Below are positions 1 to 12,689 of a stretch of DNA of 64,000 bases, piece by piece; within the stretch, counting starts at the first letter, position 1, and each line of letters begins with the position of its first letter. Location: assembly GCF_001949145.1 (NCBI RefSeq), contig NW_019091360.1:977858-1041857 (forward strand), read 5' to 3'. The notes under the pieces were generated by a model that had not been told where the DNA came from, did not search any database, and was given only the letters and a program-made list of their open reading frames with translations. Made by a program: the position numbers and the translations under genes. The stretch comes from Acanthaster planci. Lineage: Eukaryota.

Positions 1-120
1 GGGAGGGGATGGAGTAGGAGATGGATAGGATGATGGGGAGGGGATGGAGTAGGAGATGGATAGGATGATGGGGAGGGGGAAGAGTAGGAAATGGATAGGA
101 TTATGGAGAGGGGATGGGGT
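1..120. repeat. 35-bp purine-rich minisatellite, ~3.4 copies, truncated by window edge
   Basis: Unit GGGAGGGGATGGAGTAGGAGATGGATAGGATGATG starts at 1, 36, 71 and (partial) 106. Confidence 0.85.
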
Positions 121-862
121 TGGATACAAAGTGCAGAGCTGTACATGTATCTGGTACATTAAAGGAATTTTCATTATGCACCATCCATCAAACTCACAAA
201 TGCACTGCTTATAGAATCATCCAGGTCTAGTCTGACTGTACTAGCTGGACCCACTTTCTATAGGCATTCCTCTCTCCTGTAAAGAATTGTGAAGCCTTTG
301 TACCTGTATCTCCCTTGTTGGTGGTCTTTGTTGATTTACTTTTAAATGACAGGCGCCTTTCAACACATAGTCTGCACACAGCACTTACTATACTTTTTTT
401 TCCTAGAGTATAATGAATTTTATCGCTAAGGTCGATAAAATATCTTGTACATCTGTATTTTGATGGTTAGTATTTTCTTGTTTAATTTAGTAACCGTATT
501 TGTATAACTTGGATGTCTCTTTCCTGTTATTACAGAAAAGAAATTTAAATTCATAACAAGCAGCGAGCCATTGTAGCTTTGCCGTTCTAATTAGTGTTCA
601 GTCTGCATGATTTGATACATTTGCAATTTGACAATGGCACTGAAGGAAGTGAAGCTCTGAAATGAATATATCTGTTTCTAATCCCACAAAGCAGGAAACA
701 GATCAGGAAATACTACTTTGTACACAGCACCATGAACTATACATTATGTATGAGACAAATTAGTTTATCATGTATGCATGTATTGTACATACATGTAATG
801 AGCTCCATAAACCCTGGGTTTTTTCACTGAATGTTAATTTTATCCTAATGTTTGTAATATCA

Positions 863-1782
863 AACCCTAACCCCCTCAGCCTTTTTACTAGGGACCATCC
901 TGAATCCTCCGAAATCTTCTGTTTTTCAACATCAACAAATTGCATTCAGCCCAAATCCTCCAAAATCCTCCAAAGTTTCTTGAAAATGTCATTTGGAGGT
1001 GTGCCTAACTGCCCAAATCCTTCAAATCCTCTGGCACTTCCTGTCATTATGTTGAGGCAGTGCGAATGGCACTCTTGAGCTTTGCAGCTGATTCAAAAGA
1101 AATGTTGGGCTGAAATTGTGCTTGACTAAGCTCAAACCACATAAGGTCTAATCCATGACCTTCACATATGGCGTCCTTTGAAATCAGCCATGCACTTTTG
1201 CCATACACCCTGAACCCTCCAAATTCCTCCACTTTGCAGAAAAAAGGATTTGGGAGGATTCGGGGGGTTTGGGCTAAAGTAATTTTAATTTTAACCAGTT
1301 TTCGAAAGGATACGGTAATATTCTTTTGACTTTGTAAAGATGAACCAAGAAAGTTCAAATGGATGCCCTTTGAAATTTCTGGAAAAACACTATGCAACGT
1401 TACATGTGGCTTGGACTTCTGGATTTCCCTGTTTTCTAAATTCCCAGCTCCATATCAGTAGCCAATTTAACCAAACTTACTTATGCTGTTGTGTGACTTC
1501 TCTTATAACGCGTTTGATTGCGTAAGTTGCACAACAAATTATAACACCTTGATCATATGACATCTATTTAGATGGAGTAAGTTGTACCAAACAATTTGAA
1601 ATGAACAGCTCATGCTGGTTAACCCTAACCCGCTGGGTCTTTTTGGTAGGCACCATCCTCAGTCATTCACAATCCTCCAATTATCCATGCAAGAAATTGT
1701 ATTCAGCCTCAGTCCTCCAAAATCCACCGAAATGTTACAGTTGAGTCGAAATAAAGGGCACCCATTACCTCAAATCTTCCAA
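863..1782. repeat. Two degenerate copies of a dispersed repeat (863-1025 and 1621-1782)
   Basis: Both start AACCCTAACC..TTTT..TAGG.ACCATCCT and share ATTCAGCC..A.TCCTCCAAAATCC and CAAATC.T.CAAA. Related fragments lie near 2155-2215. Confidence 0.5.
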
Positions 1783-3238
1783 ACCCAAACAAGGGCTGCT
1801 GAGGAACAGTAGAAAGGTATTACCTCAGTACAAAATGGGAAGCAAAGTAAAATACGTGCATCTACCCTTAGGTCTCAACAAAGCGCCTAGTTATGACCAG
1901 CAATAAAAGATGGAAGACTACTGTGTGTTGAAACTATGCATGCACATTGTGAAGTGTGGGAATGAACAATGTATGTAGTATGCTAATGCAGGGACAATTT
2001 CCTCTGTGAAGTACATACATGTACGTAACTATGATCTTGTTACAGGTTGAATACACCCAACATAAACCATGCCACACAAATCCTTCAATTTCTTGCACTG
2101 CAAAAATCACACCACTAAGCAATCCTCCAAATTCATGAGTAATACTCGAACACCATTCAGCCTTAATCCTCTATAATCCTTCAAAACCACCTGGAGGATT
2201 TTGGAAGATTTAATGCACACTATTGCTCAACTTAACAAGGTTTCTGTGAGAAATGCACTTTTTGTTGTTGTTGAAATAATGCAATTTGTTTGTCTGTGAG
2301 AGAACTCCAATCTTCATAATGGCAAACAGAGCTAATTTAATACCAGTTTGGTGACTGATATAACATTGGTAAGGAATAGCCATTATAAAAGCTGCAATCT
2401 CTTCTCATCCAAAATATTTAATGTATTGAAACATTGCTCAGTTGTGTAAGGTCTAATGAAATTGACTGCATAAAGTACATTGCACCATCCTATCAAACAG
2501 CCATGCCCAGTCATCATCCTAAGATTCTGCAAAATCGACCTAGCGGCTTTGGAAGATGTTGCAGGATTGAGTAAAATTTAGTTCCCAACCATTGTGAATC
2601 CCCAGTATGTTAGGTTTGGCACACACCTTGCCAATTTGACCTTTTCATGGGACCATCACATTACTGGTACAGTTTTTGTCACCATCAGGGTATATTACTA
2701 CTTTAACCACAGTGACTCACATGCCCAGTTTAGTTTTCAAATCAACCACTTGATCATTAGTTACATGCTAAACAGTCACATGATGGCCATCTGTGTCTAT
2801 GAGGGCTTCCATTTTTAATCATGTGACTTTCCCTTGTGAATCTGATTGGTTAACATGAATTTCACATCCAGTGGAATTGGAGTGTTGCCTAGACATTGGC
2901 CTAAAAAGGAAATCAGAGAAGTTCGTTTTCATCTGGTTGGCTGTTGTACATGTATGTACAGTGATCAGTCAAATTTTTTGCTTGCATTTCTCAACTTCAG
3001 TGCTTAGAATGATCGAGTAGGGTAGTGAACTGGTCAGATTGGCAAGGTACGCAGTGAGCTTACAGTACCAAAATGTATCATTGGGCTCCTGCATAAAGAT
3101 CAATGTTGGAAGACTCAGTATGATTACTGTACATATCAGGTTTATTTAGAAGGTTTGGGGAAGGTTCCAACTCCAAGCAACAGTGCACAGAGAGGTTGGG
3201 TTAACATTGGTGTCTTGATCGTGCATTTTTTTTTTCAG

Positions 3239-3400
3239 GTGATGTTTTTTCTACATATGACATCAGGCAAGGAGACATCAGCATTAGCCAAAGACATCAC
3301 CAACACCTACAAGAACTCGGCCATTTGCTGTTTTTATAATTCCAGGGGTTCTAATGACAGTCCTGCTTTGGGAAATGTTTATCAGACATGTAAAAACCAG
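3239..3400 (+). CDS. CNP: CNPase-like exon (N-terminal PNK-like domain, degenerate P-loop)
   Basis: tttttcag acceptor and cag|gtaatc donor; 162 nt; VMFFLHMTSGKETSALAKDITNTYKNSA... Confidence 0.7.
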
Positions 3401-6400
3401 GTAATCATAGAAGTATCCCCCAAAATTATTTTAAAAGTGATTATACAACACAATTTAAAGGCCAATATGATTGTTGGCATGTGTCCAAAACCAGACTTAA
3501 TTTCTAGAAAAGTTTTACATGAAGGAATGCATAAGACTGGCACGTGTACAAAATACTTGTAAATGATTCTGTCTGATGCAGTTTGAGTTTCACTGAAAAG
3601 ACACTTCCATTAAATGCCAAAAGTTAACCCTAAAAGAACCAGGAAGGGGGGGTAATCCTGTACATTTCCTCTGATTTGGTTACAGTGCATTTTCTTACCG
3701 TATCAAGCATTCAGGAATGTTTCAATTGAAGTGTCATTCTGACATCAATTTAATGAAAATTAGACACACCATTCTCGGGAAATGCCAATTTTCCCGGTGA
3801 CAGGTTGGCAAAAGATTTATGTTTTCTCAAAAATGTGAACTATAAAATAACGTGAAGCTCTTTCCCGTGTTTGATAGGATTGAAACTTCACAGATGCATT
3901 CATAATGAAAATCTTTACAAACATGCTATGTTTCATAGGAAAGCCAAGATCTTACAGAGCCCACCTTGTTTTTATTTCTTATTTCAACTATTCATTGATT
4001 TACTGAAGTTTTTATCTGTTTGCTTTGGATGCAACAGATAGAGGACAGTTGTAAGAAGGGCCTGCAGGTCATCGTTGTAAATGGCACAGACAGGGAACAC
4101 TTAGAGTTACAGGGTTACTTCACCGTAGCGCATCAATACAACTATACTACTGTCGTTGTGCAACCCAATGCAACATTGGATCACTTTGATGCACAGAGGT
4201 CGCCCTCAGAACCCATCGGAGATGCCTCCAAGGGGCAGGACCTACCCAAGATTCTGTACCCTTTTTTCTATGGGTGGTTTCTCGGCTTTAACATCTCCGT
4301 GGACACCCAAAATTATGGGAGGAAGATCTTCCACGAGTGTCGTCAGCAGCCCAAGTTTGTGGAGATATTCAAGAAATATGCTCTTCCTGGGTCACCTCGC
4401 AATTCAACTGGTAAGCCCAGCAGAGCAGTTTGACTTTTGTATGAGGGTCATTCCATAAGGTTGGGGCGCGATTTGGGACGGTGTCCATTGTTGTGTGGGT
4501 TGCGTTATCTAACAGAGTAAATGACCTACTCTACAGGTCATGACAGGTGGTAAAATTACCCGTGTAACAAGGACACCGTCACAAATTGAGCCCCAACCTC
4601 ATGCAATGACCCATAAGACAATTTTCAGGATCATCTTTTAGGGGTAGGGGTATCAGTTTTATTGTTATCTTACATGTAATTTGTTTGAAAAAGGTAATTG
4701 GAAAAATACATGAAGGTTTTGGAGTTATGAATTTCAGTACAGTCAGAACGGCTCCATCTTGATAGGTGGTTTAACTTTGCATTTATACCTCATTTGGTCC
4801 TTTTGTAACTGGTTGAATGAAAAATACTGATTTCAAAACAAGCTAAATGTCTAGTCTAAATGAGCTGTCCTAAAGTGACTGTTTTGAATGTTTGATGATA
4901 AAGTGCTGTGCTGTGGGATACATTTTAACACTGAGGGACTCGAAGGCAAGCGTGGTGGTGCTATCATCGGTGAAGACGGTAGAAACATCGTGTCCCACAT
5001 CACAACAGACAGTAGTTGTTTTGTTATGGCTCTGTCTTCAATTACCTGAAGTGTCTTGATTTTGGCTGTAACAAAGAATGTCTTGGTCCAATGCTGCAAT
5101 CTTTTAGTCACATTGGTCACACGCAAAAGCAATATCTTATCTTAGTCCTGAAAGGTTGCGTGCAAAGGAACTTGTATGAAGAAACAAACTTTACGTAAAT
5201 GGGTTTGATGTAGGATTACTCTGACAAAATCACTGTTCTCACTTCAGTTAACTATGTACATGTACAGGCAAAAGTAGCTGAGGTACATTAGCAGACACTT
5301 CATTATGGTTTAGAATCTGGGACAAGGACTAGTCTATGATGTCACAATGTGATATGCGTAAGGATGAAGTTAATATGCTGTTTTATTGACCGGTCATGTG
5401 ATCTGTCTCGGCCAATGAAAATGCAGTTTGCAAGACAGGCATAACAAGTGTAGGTGATGCTCTATCAATTGCCTTGTATATTTAGCAAAGGAATAAATTT
5501 CCTTAGGGGCTTAAAATCCATCACACTGCAGCTCCTCTCGAAGTTGGAACATGTTGGGCCAGCAGGGTTCTGCCCAGGATGGTTTAGTGCCGGCAGGACT
5601 ATCTAAGCGCAGCGCCACCATCGGTTGGCGCGGAGCGTACCAGAAAATTTTTGGAATCTAAAAGCCCCCAGATGGCCGGAAACAGCACTTTCTGGGTGTT
5701 TTCAGCTGTGAATACACAGCCTAGAATTAGGGATCTCATGTCTGAAATTTCTGAAATTTAATAAAAAAATTGAAATTTTGTAATTTTGGTCAACTAGGAT
5801 GAGGTGATAATTTTAGACGGGCAATTGAATTAGAAAAAAAAGATTAAAAATAAATATTGATTTTATTCTGTAAATCCCTTAAATAGTGAATTAATTTCTA
5901 TCTCTATGATGCCCATAATTTTTCATTGCTATTCAAATCATTTTTCATTTTTTTTGTGTGTTGAAAATAAGGCAAACATGCAAAATCTTGGCGGAATATT
6001 TTCCTTATTTTCTTTGTACGAAAGTTCGTACAGTATGCATATGGGATAACGACATTCATAAATGTGTGCAGGGATTTTCNNNNNNNNNNNNNNNNNNNNN
6101 NNNNNNNNNNNNNNNNNNNNNNNNNNNNNNNNNNNNNNNNNNNNNNNNNNNNNNNNNNNNNNNNNNNNNNNNNNNNNNNNNNNNNNNNNNNNNNNNNNNN
6201 NNNNNNNNNNNNNNNNNNNNNNNNNNNNNNNNNNNNNNNNNNNNNNNNNNNNNNNNNNNNNNNNNNNNNNNNNNNNNNNNNNNNNNNNNNNNNNNNNNNN
6301 NNNNNNNNNNNNNNNNNNNNNNNNNNNNNNNNNNNNNNNNNNNNNNNNNNNNNNNNNNNNNNNNNNNNNNNNNNNNNNNNNNNNNNNNNNNNNNNNNNNN

Positions 6401-8135
6401 NNNNNNNNNNNNNNNNNNNNNNNNNNNNNNNNNNNNNNNNNNNNNNNNNNNNNNNNNNNNNNNNNNNNNNNNNNNNNNNNNNNNNNNNNNNNNNNNNNNN
6501 NNNNNNNNNNNNNNNNNNNNNNNNNNNNNNNNNNNNNNNNNNNNNNNNNNNNNNNNNNNNNNNNNNNNNNNNNNNNNNNNNNNNNNNNNNNNNNNNNNNN
6601 NNNNNNNNNNNNNNNNNNNNNNNNNNNNNNNNNNNNNNNNNNNNNNNNNNNNNNNNNNNNNNNNNNNNNNNNNNNNNNNNNNNNNNNNNNNNNNNNNNNN
6701 NNNNNNNNNNNNNNNNNNNNNNNNNNNNNNNNNNNNNNNNNNNNNNNNNNNNNNNTCATATCGTCACGATCGATCCCTCGACCAAGATGCTATTTTATTT
6801 AGGTTCTTATCGGGAATACGTGCCGGTCAGAAAAGTTGATTTGGCAGATTGTGGCGGTCGGCAATTCTGCGTGCCGGTCGGGCCCGACCGGCGCCGACCG
6901 GCAGCGGCAGATCCCTGGGCCAGTCTTCAACAAGTACACTGGCTTCCCATCGAACATCACATTCCAACTTCTTATTTCCTACTCAGCTGGAACAGCACTC
7001 ATGTACATACAACTCATAGTGCCAAAAAGCCTGTGCACCAACTGAGTTCCAGTCATGCGCACTCACTTGTTGCACCATGTGAAAGGATGAAGGCATATGG
7101 AGACAGTTCACAACTTGATGTGATGTCTTTCAAATCATGTCTCAAGTTGCACATTCTCTCCGTTGAATCATTTCATTACATATATGTATCCAAGAAACCT
7201 GTACATCGATTAGGTTTATTACACTGTACCAACATTTTGGTTATAAACACTACTATGTGCACCTGTGCAGCTTCACGACTTTGAGAGCTTTTAAGCATCA
7301 TTTCTAAGAATTGCCTTACATCTTCCAAGTGTCCAGCTTCTTTTTCAGGGGGCTTCAGTTAATATGCATTGATGAAAGCATAGCCAAATTCCTTCATGTT
7401 GAAAAGGAAAAATAGTAAGGACAGCTTTGAGTTGGGTGTTAATTTAAAATGTCCCTATTGTGAATAACCTCTACAGGTGGCCTGGACTTTGATCGTTACT
7501 TTTCATTGGATGGTTTCATCACTGGTACTACGCTGCTCCACTGCACATCATTCTTTAGTAACTACAGTGAGAGAGCTGGTTCTCAGCAATACGCGACCTC
7601 CCCGGCTGTCAGACAAGGGACAGGAGATGTCTACAATCTGTTGGTCATCGGGTTCTTGATTACACCCCGAACCTTCGGGGCCCGCATTCGACTCAGCAGT
7701 GAGGAATTGTGCCTCTGGGAGAGCAACAGTACCTCAGGGAATTTGGCGGCAGTTGGAGCAGCTAGCAATGCCGACAAAATCATGCAACAAAAACAACTCC
7801 AGAGGTTTAGCCAAGAGAAATTAACGTTTGACCTCATAATAGACAATGAGGTTCCATGTCCCAAGGATTGGCACCCGACAAAATTCTCGCCAACATGTGG
7901 GCGGGGGAGTCGGGCTCATCTAACTCTAGGGACGGGGAAGGACATCGAAGCACAGCAGACGGGCTCAGACCTGAATATGATCATCCTGAAGGAGCTGGAA
8001 GCAGTTGCTAAGAAAGAGGATATCTTGACTCTCCGTCTGGAAAGTGGAACAGTCCGTTGCTATGGAGAAGGCAACTGGGCTGTGTATCTAGACAAGCCAT
8101 TCGAAATTGGTGCCTTGTTTACTGGATGGTACTAA
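3239..8135 (+). CDS. CNP: 2',3'-cyclic-nucleotide 3'-phosphodiesterase-like (CNPase), 5'-partial; join(3239..3400,4038..4410,7477..8135), 397 aa visible
   Basis: The three exons join in frame (1194 nt incl. stop; GT-AG; phases 0 and 1). Motifs YPFFYGWFL, LLHCT (first HxT, 7539-7547), TPRTFGAR, GSRAHLTLG (second HxT, 7917-7925), QTGSDL and LFTGWY match vertebrate CNPase as recalled (PLYFGWFL, VLHCT, TPKTTGAR, GSRAHITLG, QTGLDL, IFTGYY). The upstream exon is probably before the window. Confidence 0.88.
4038..4410 (+). CDS. CNP: CNPase-like exon
   Basis: caacag acceptor and g|gtaagc donor; IEDSC...YPFFYGWFLG...PRNST. Confidence 0.85.
4445..4612. mobile_element. Hairpin MITE-like element in CNP intron
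   Basis: Left arm GGGTCATTCCATAAGGTTGGGGCGCGATTTGGGACGGTGTCC is an imperfect reverse complement of right arm GGACACCGTCACAAATTGAGCCCCAACCTCATGCAATGACCC. Confidence 0.7.
5563..6917. mobile_element. hAT-like TIR DNA element spanning the assembly gap
   Basis: Termini CAGGGTTCTGCC ... GGCAGATCCCTG (11/12 inverted match), flanked by direct repeat GGCCAG (5557-5562 and 6918-6923). Confidence 0.65.
6080..6755. other. Assembly gap (676 N)
   Basis: Run of N. Confidence 1.
7477..8135 (+). CDS. CNP: CNPase-like terminal exon (2H phosphoesterase catalytic domain)
   Basis: ctacag acceptor; both HxT motifs; TAA at 8133-8135. Confidence 0.9.
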
Positions 8136-8416
8136 ATACAAAAAGTGCATAAGTGTAAAGGCCACAGGGTTGCTTGAGTAACTTCTACATGTATATGTAA
8201 CTTGCACTGGTAACAAGTCATAGATATAAGTCAAATCAAGTCACAAGTCAAAGCTGATAGTTGCAGAAGCGAAACACAAAAATAGCAACTGGAGTCCAAC
8301 TTGAGTCCAAGTCACATGCAGTGACGCCTTGCAGAAATGCTTTGCTTAACACATTTCAGCTGAAGTATGAACTTGCTGCTGTCGCTGGTCGACTTGAAGA
8401 TTGGAATCAAATTTAC

Positions 8417-8748
8417 AAGGGTCCCATGGCTTGGACAAAATGGAAAGGACGTGGAATTTTATTTTCTGTTTCCAGGCCTGGAAAAGTCGTGGAAACGTAC
8501 TAAAAAAAAACAACAGATGCTATGGAACAGTCACAGAATTTTGTGAGGACCAAATCATTTTGAATTTAAAACATGATATACGTGTACGTTCAATGGGAAG
8601 CTAATTTTTGTGTTTGACAAAATGCAACAAATGTTGACTTTTTACACAAACTTTACAGTTGAGCTAGGTCATGGATATTTTATGTGGTCCTTGAAGGGTC
8701 ATGAATTAGTCATAGGTACAAATATCCTAAAGATGGAGTAACACCCTG
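8417..8748. mobile_element. Degenerate MITE-like element downstream of CNP stop
   Basis: AAGGGT...ACCCTG ends with repeated internal GTCATGGA/GTCGTGGAA motifs. Confidence 0.4.
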
Positions 8749-9823
8749 GTTTGGTTCTGCAGTTTGTCTAAACTTTGGGATTTAGTTTAGCAGCAATTTC
8801 AAGCGTAACAGGAACCATTATTGTATAAAACATGCTCCCACACTAGTTAATTAATTGTGGGTAAATATGGACCAATTGTATATTGTTCTACATTGGATTG
8901 CAAGTATTCTGCACCATTTTCCTCTTCAATTTTTGTGTCATTTTGGAATATGCCAATATGGCCTTTTTATCACTTTATTACTCATCGGCTACAAGGGATG
9001 TGTAACAGTACATTACAAAAAAAGTCTTTTTCTAGGTAAAAGTGATGAGCCAAAGTTTCTAAAGAAAGCTAATTTATTTGAGACATGGTCTCACCCCCCC
9101 CCCATCCAAAAGGGGGGAAAACACATTTTCTAAAAATAAGGAGAACCTTAAAGGCAATTTGGGGGGCTTTTTCACTTCCCTTGCATCAAGAAGCATGTAA
9201 AATGCCCCCAAATATAGCCTCATCCCTTAGGAGAACCATACGGGGTAAAGTAAATAAGACATTTGGTTATGGACCCGCTGGCGGGAGAGGAGCTGATGGT
9301 GCCCATGTCATGATCTTGAGGCAAGACAACTATTGGTCAGCATCCGACATCACTGTTCATACTCCTTGCCCTTCAGACTTCTGTGATGATACAACTTTTC
9401 CTTGGACTGGCTGAATTTTTTTGTTTCCCCGTTCTTCTGACATGCTATTACAGATTAAAAAATATTGTACAAAGTCTTGTCCAACTTTGAATGTCTTCAT
9501 TTTCCCCAAAAAAATTCCATCTGTATGGTGCAATGATGGCTGGCAATGTGAAACCACTGGTAAACAGTAAATTCGTCTTTAAAAAAAATATCATTTTCCA
9601 GATCTCTGTGGCAAGCAACTGTTCAACTATGATGTCATAAAGGTTGATACATAGACAGCACATTTAGATAAAGACACTGCTGTCATTCTTCATATATGTG
9701 TACATGTACATTGTATCACATTTACTTATACCTGATACAATATCTCGGTCCCTTCTTGCTTTTCAAAGTAGCCCACCTACATGTACATGTATCCAGTTGG
9801 CCCTTGCTATAGAGTTACAGACA

Positions 9824-10043
9824 CTGATCTCTATACACTGGATAGGCAGCTCAGCAGTAACTGCCTATGTGTGAATTGAAGTGACCGCATGGCCATCTTA
9901 CGATATTCAATACAATGGCCTCCAACTTCAGTCCATTCACTAAGTGCATTGATGCACAGCGTTACAAGCCTAATAGCCTCAGATGAGCACGCAGTTGCTT
10001 CAGTTCGCAGAGCAAAGCTGCCTATCCAGTATTTAGAGATCAG
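9824..10043. mobile_element. Hairpin MITE-like element
   Basis: CTGATCTCTATACACTGGATAGGCAGCT ... AGCTGCCTATCCAGTATTTAGAGATCAG inverted arms. Confidence 0.7.
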
Positions 10044-12404
10044 CAGTTACAGGTAATTAGGTCTTATGTAAATTTGAAGTGCTGGACTTCTCTTTATTTG
10101 TCTTAATCAGCCAGTTCCATCTTTCAGAATGGCAAGGTTGTTTGAGAACCAAGCATGTGTATTGGGTTGGCTGTTGCCATTGTAATAGGGCAGACTTTGC
10201 ACACACGTAAAGCTGTTCCCAATGGCCATGGACATGCTTCATTTTGGGCATATTCTGTTTGAATACTGCATTGACATACTAGGAAATTCAATCGTACATT
10301 TTCTATGTCTGACGGAAGTGGTAGCAAAGGTTAGACAAGTTGGCATGTACTGTGTAAGATAATTTTCCACTGGAGGTGGAAAATTGAGAAACTGATCAGA
10401 AAAACAAATACATGTAGATATATTTAGCGGCTGCATGTTTTACCATAAAATTTTACTGCAAATTGTTTTCAGCAATTAACCATCCTTTTGACAAAGATTT
10501 TTTTTCCTATTATGACAATGATACAGTTCTTTCAGTTGCCATTAGCATAAGAATCTCCGAGGCCAATGAAAATTTGGAATGCTTATTGTGTGTGGCACCT
10601 GTTTTCAACTGTCACCTTGCCTACACTTTATGCAAAAGGTTGCTTGCTGTATAATTTATTTCCATAATAAGGACGATTAATTTATAAAATTATGAATGCA
10701 CTAAAAGAATGACTTTGAAATTAACTTCATGGAACATGTGTTTGTACATGAAGAAATTTGATAAGAAAATCACTAGTATTTAATAATACTCCGTTGACCA
10801 ATATTATTCACAATTTTAGTCTGAATTGCTGAGACCAAAGTACGTGTAGCTATTGGTAACTCATACAGTCAATGAAAAAGAATTATGATGTCCTGAATTT
10901 ATTGCCTAAAGACACATAATATTTTTGTGTAACAAACAGTAAATTAAGTTGGTCTGCAATTTATAAACAGTAAATTAAGTTGGTCTGCAATACTTGCTTG
11001 TGTTTAAAGCACACGTTTATGTAAATGCAATTTCATTTAGAGAGGTACTGTGAATTCAGTTTTATCAACAAGTAGGTATTTTGGTTGAGACACAAGTCTG
11101 TATATGACATGCATACTGAGGTTTATGATCAAGAGTAGCCTGGTGCCAGTGGTGCATTGACTTACGACACGACGGTGTTAAATCTGACTACAAGGAACAT
11201 GACCAAAATCATTGAGATGTTTCAATCTTCAATTGGGTTTTTCTAACTGGTATTATATTCGTATTACGCAGGAAGTGCTGCAAATATGTGAGTGCTCGCC
11301 AAAGTAGAAGGCAATCCTGACATTCAGGATACCTCCCCTAAAACTGGCCTGTCTTCAACTGACAAAAATAGTGAGAATTCAGGGTTTTTTGTGTTATCAT
11401 TGTCTTCCACACAAGAATGATTAGAACAGTATCAATGTAAGAAATGAATGCTACCTAGGCTGCAACGATTGGTCTTGAACTTCAAAAAAAGCTGCAAGAA
11501 GTTGAAAAATGGATGAAACAAACAGGTGTCTGAAGGCACTGCCAACTATGGACTGCCTTTGACATTCAAGAGGCAATGTGGAAGCAGCACACTAGAGCAT
11601 GTTGCATGTATATTTAAACTTGAGGAGTCGATCATGTTTTTGCAAGTCAAAGCAAATCCTTTTTGCTGGATAAGTTTGAAGCTTCGAAAATCAATCAATT
11701 CTTTGTATAATGTGAGGTCTGAAGGAGTAATTGATGGCCGTTGAGGTCATCGGAAGTTTTAAAAAGTGTTTCCCATTGCAACTAAATTTTGCTTTTATTT
11801 CTGTACTGCTTGAAAAATTAAAAAACAAACAAAAATGGTGCTCATCTGAAAAAAGTAAAAATGCAATGATGCTGTTTAAAAAGAGTATTTGGAAGTATTT
11901 TGAAATAAACTTTGGACAGTTGGGTGAACTATATTGAAATGTGACCCGAAAGATTTGATTTTCTTCTTGGGAGGAGAAGTGCTGGGTGGATAGCAGGATG
12001 TTACAAAAATAGATGAAATGTCCAAGAGATAAAGGAACAAAGGAGACTGGTCTGTGAAACTATCATTCCTGCCGTGGGTGTCATGGGGAGAGGACAAAGG
12101 GGAGAAGGCTCATGAAACACACAAATCTTAAACCACTCGCTAATTTTTGCACAATTTGTACACACTCATGAACTCATACCTCCAACCTTAATTCTAGCTC
12201 TTAATCCGCTCAGGAACAAAAGAGGGCGTGGGGTTTTTTTTGGTACTCAACGCACAGGCGTGCATTTGTAATGGAGATCAATGACTCGTTTGGCCCTACC
12301 AACAACCCCACATAACCCAAGCCTGCCTCCTACCTAACACTTGAACAGGTTACTCTGTGCATAGAAGTTGGAATGCTTTAGAAAGTGGAGTGAGAGACGC
12401 TCAC

Positions 12405-12449
12405 AGATTTGGGCTTAAAGGAACAATTCTGCCCTTTAAGCCCAAATCT
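12405..12449. repeat. Perfect 17-bp stem / 11-nt loop inverted repeat in the presumed FADS-A 3' UTR
   Basis: AGATTTGGGCTTAAAGG-aacaattctgc-CCTTTAAGCCCAAATCT. Confidence 0.85.
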
Positions 12450-12637
12450 TGGGGCAATGTAAACTCCATGGCCACATATGCCTGATCCTATATTCAACAG
12501 AAAAAACCACCTCTATTTAGTGTTACACTCTTTCATATGAAGACGCTTTAAAAACAATTATACTCTTTGAGCTGTCAACAAACAATTCACTGCTTTAGCA
12601 AGTCTCAATAGAGTCCTCTTGCTAGATCTGCTACTGT

Positions 12638-12689
12638 CTATCTGTGGTAGTAAGCATCATGCCAAATCTTTCCTGATCGCTTCAGGGAA
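12638..12689 (-). CDS. fads: FADS-A coding exon 10 (stop)
   Basis: [16 protein letters not shown]. Confidence 0.93.

Noticed and set aside
120..3238. Search for the first coding exon of CNP
   Set aside because: No ORF with convincing similarity and splice sites; probably upstream of the window. ATG 3242 as the start cannot be excluded.
5938..7284. Long ORFs (246-406 aa) in the ORF track
   Set aside because: Artefacts of the 676-N gap translated as X.
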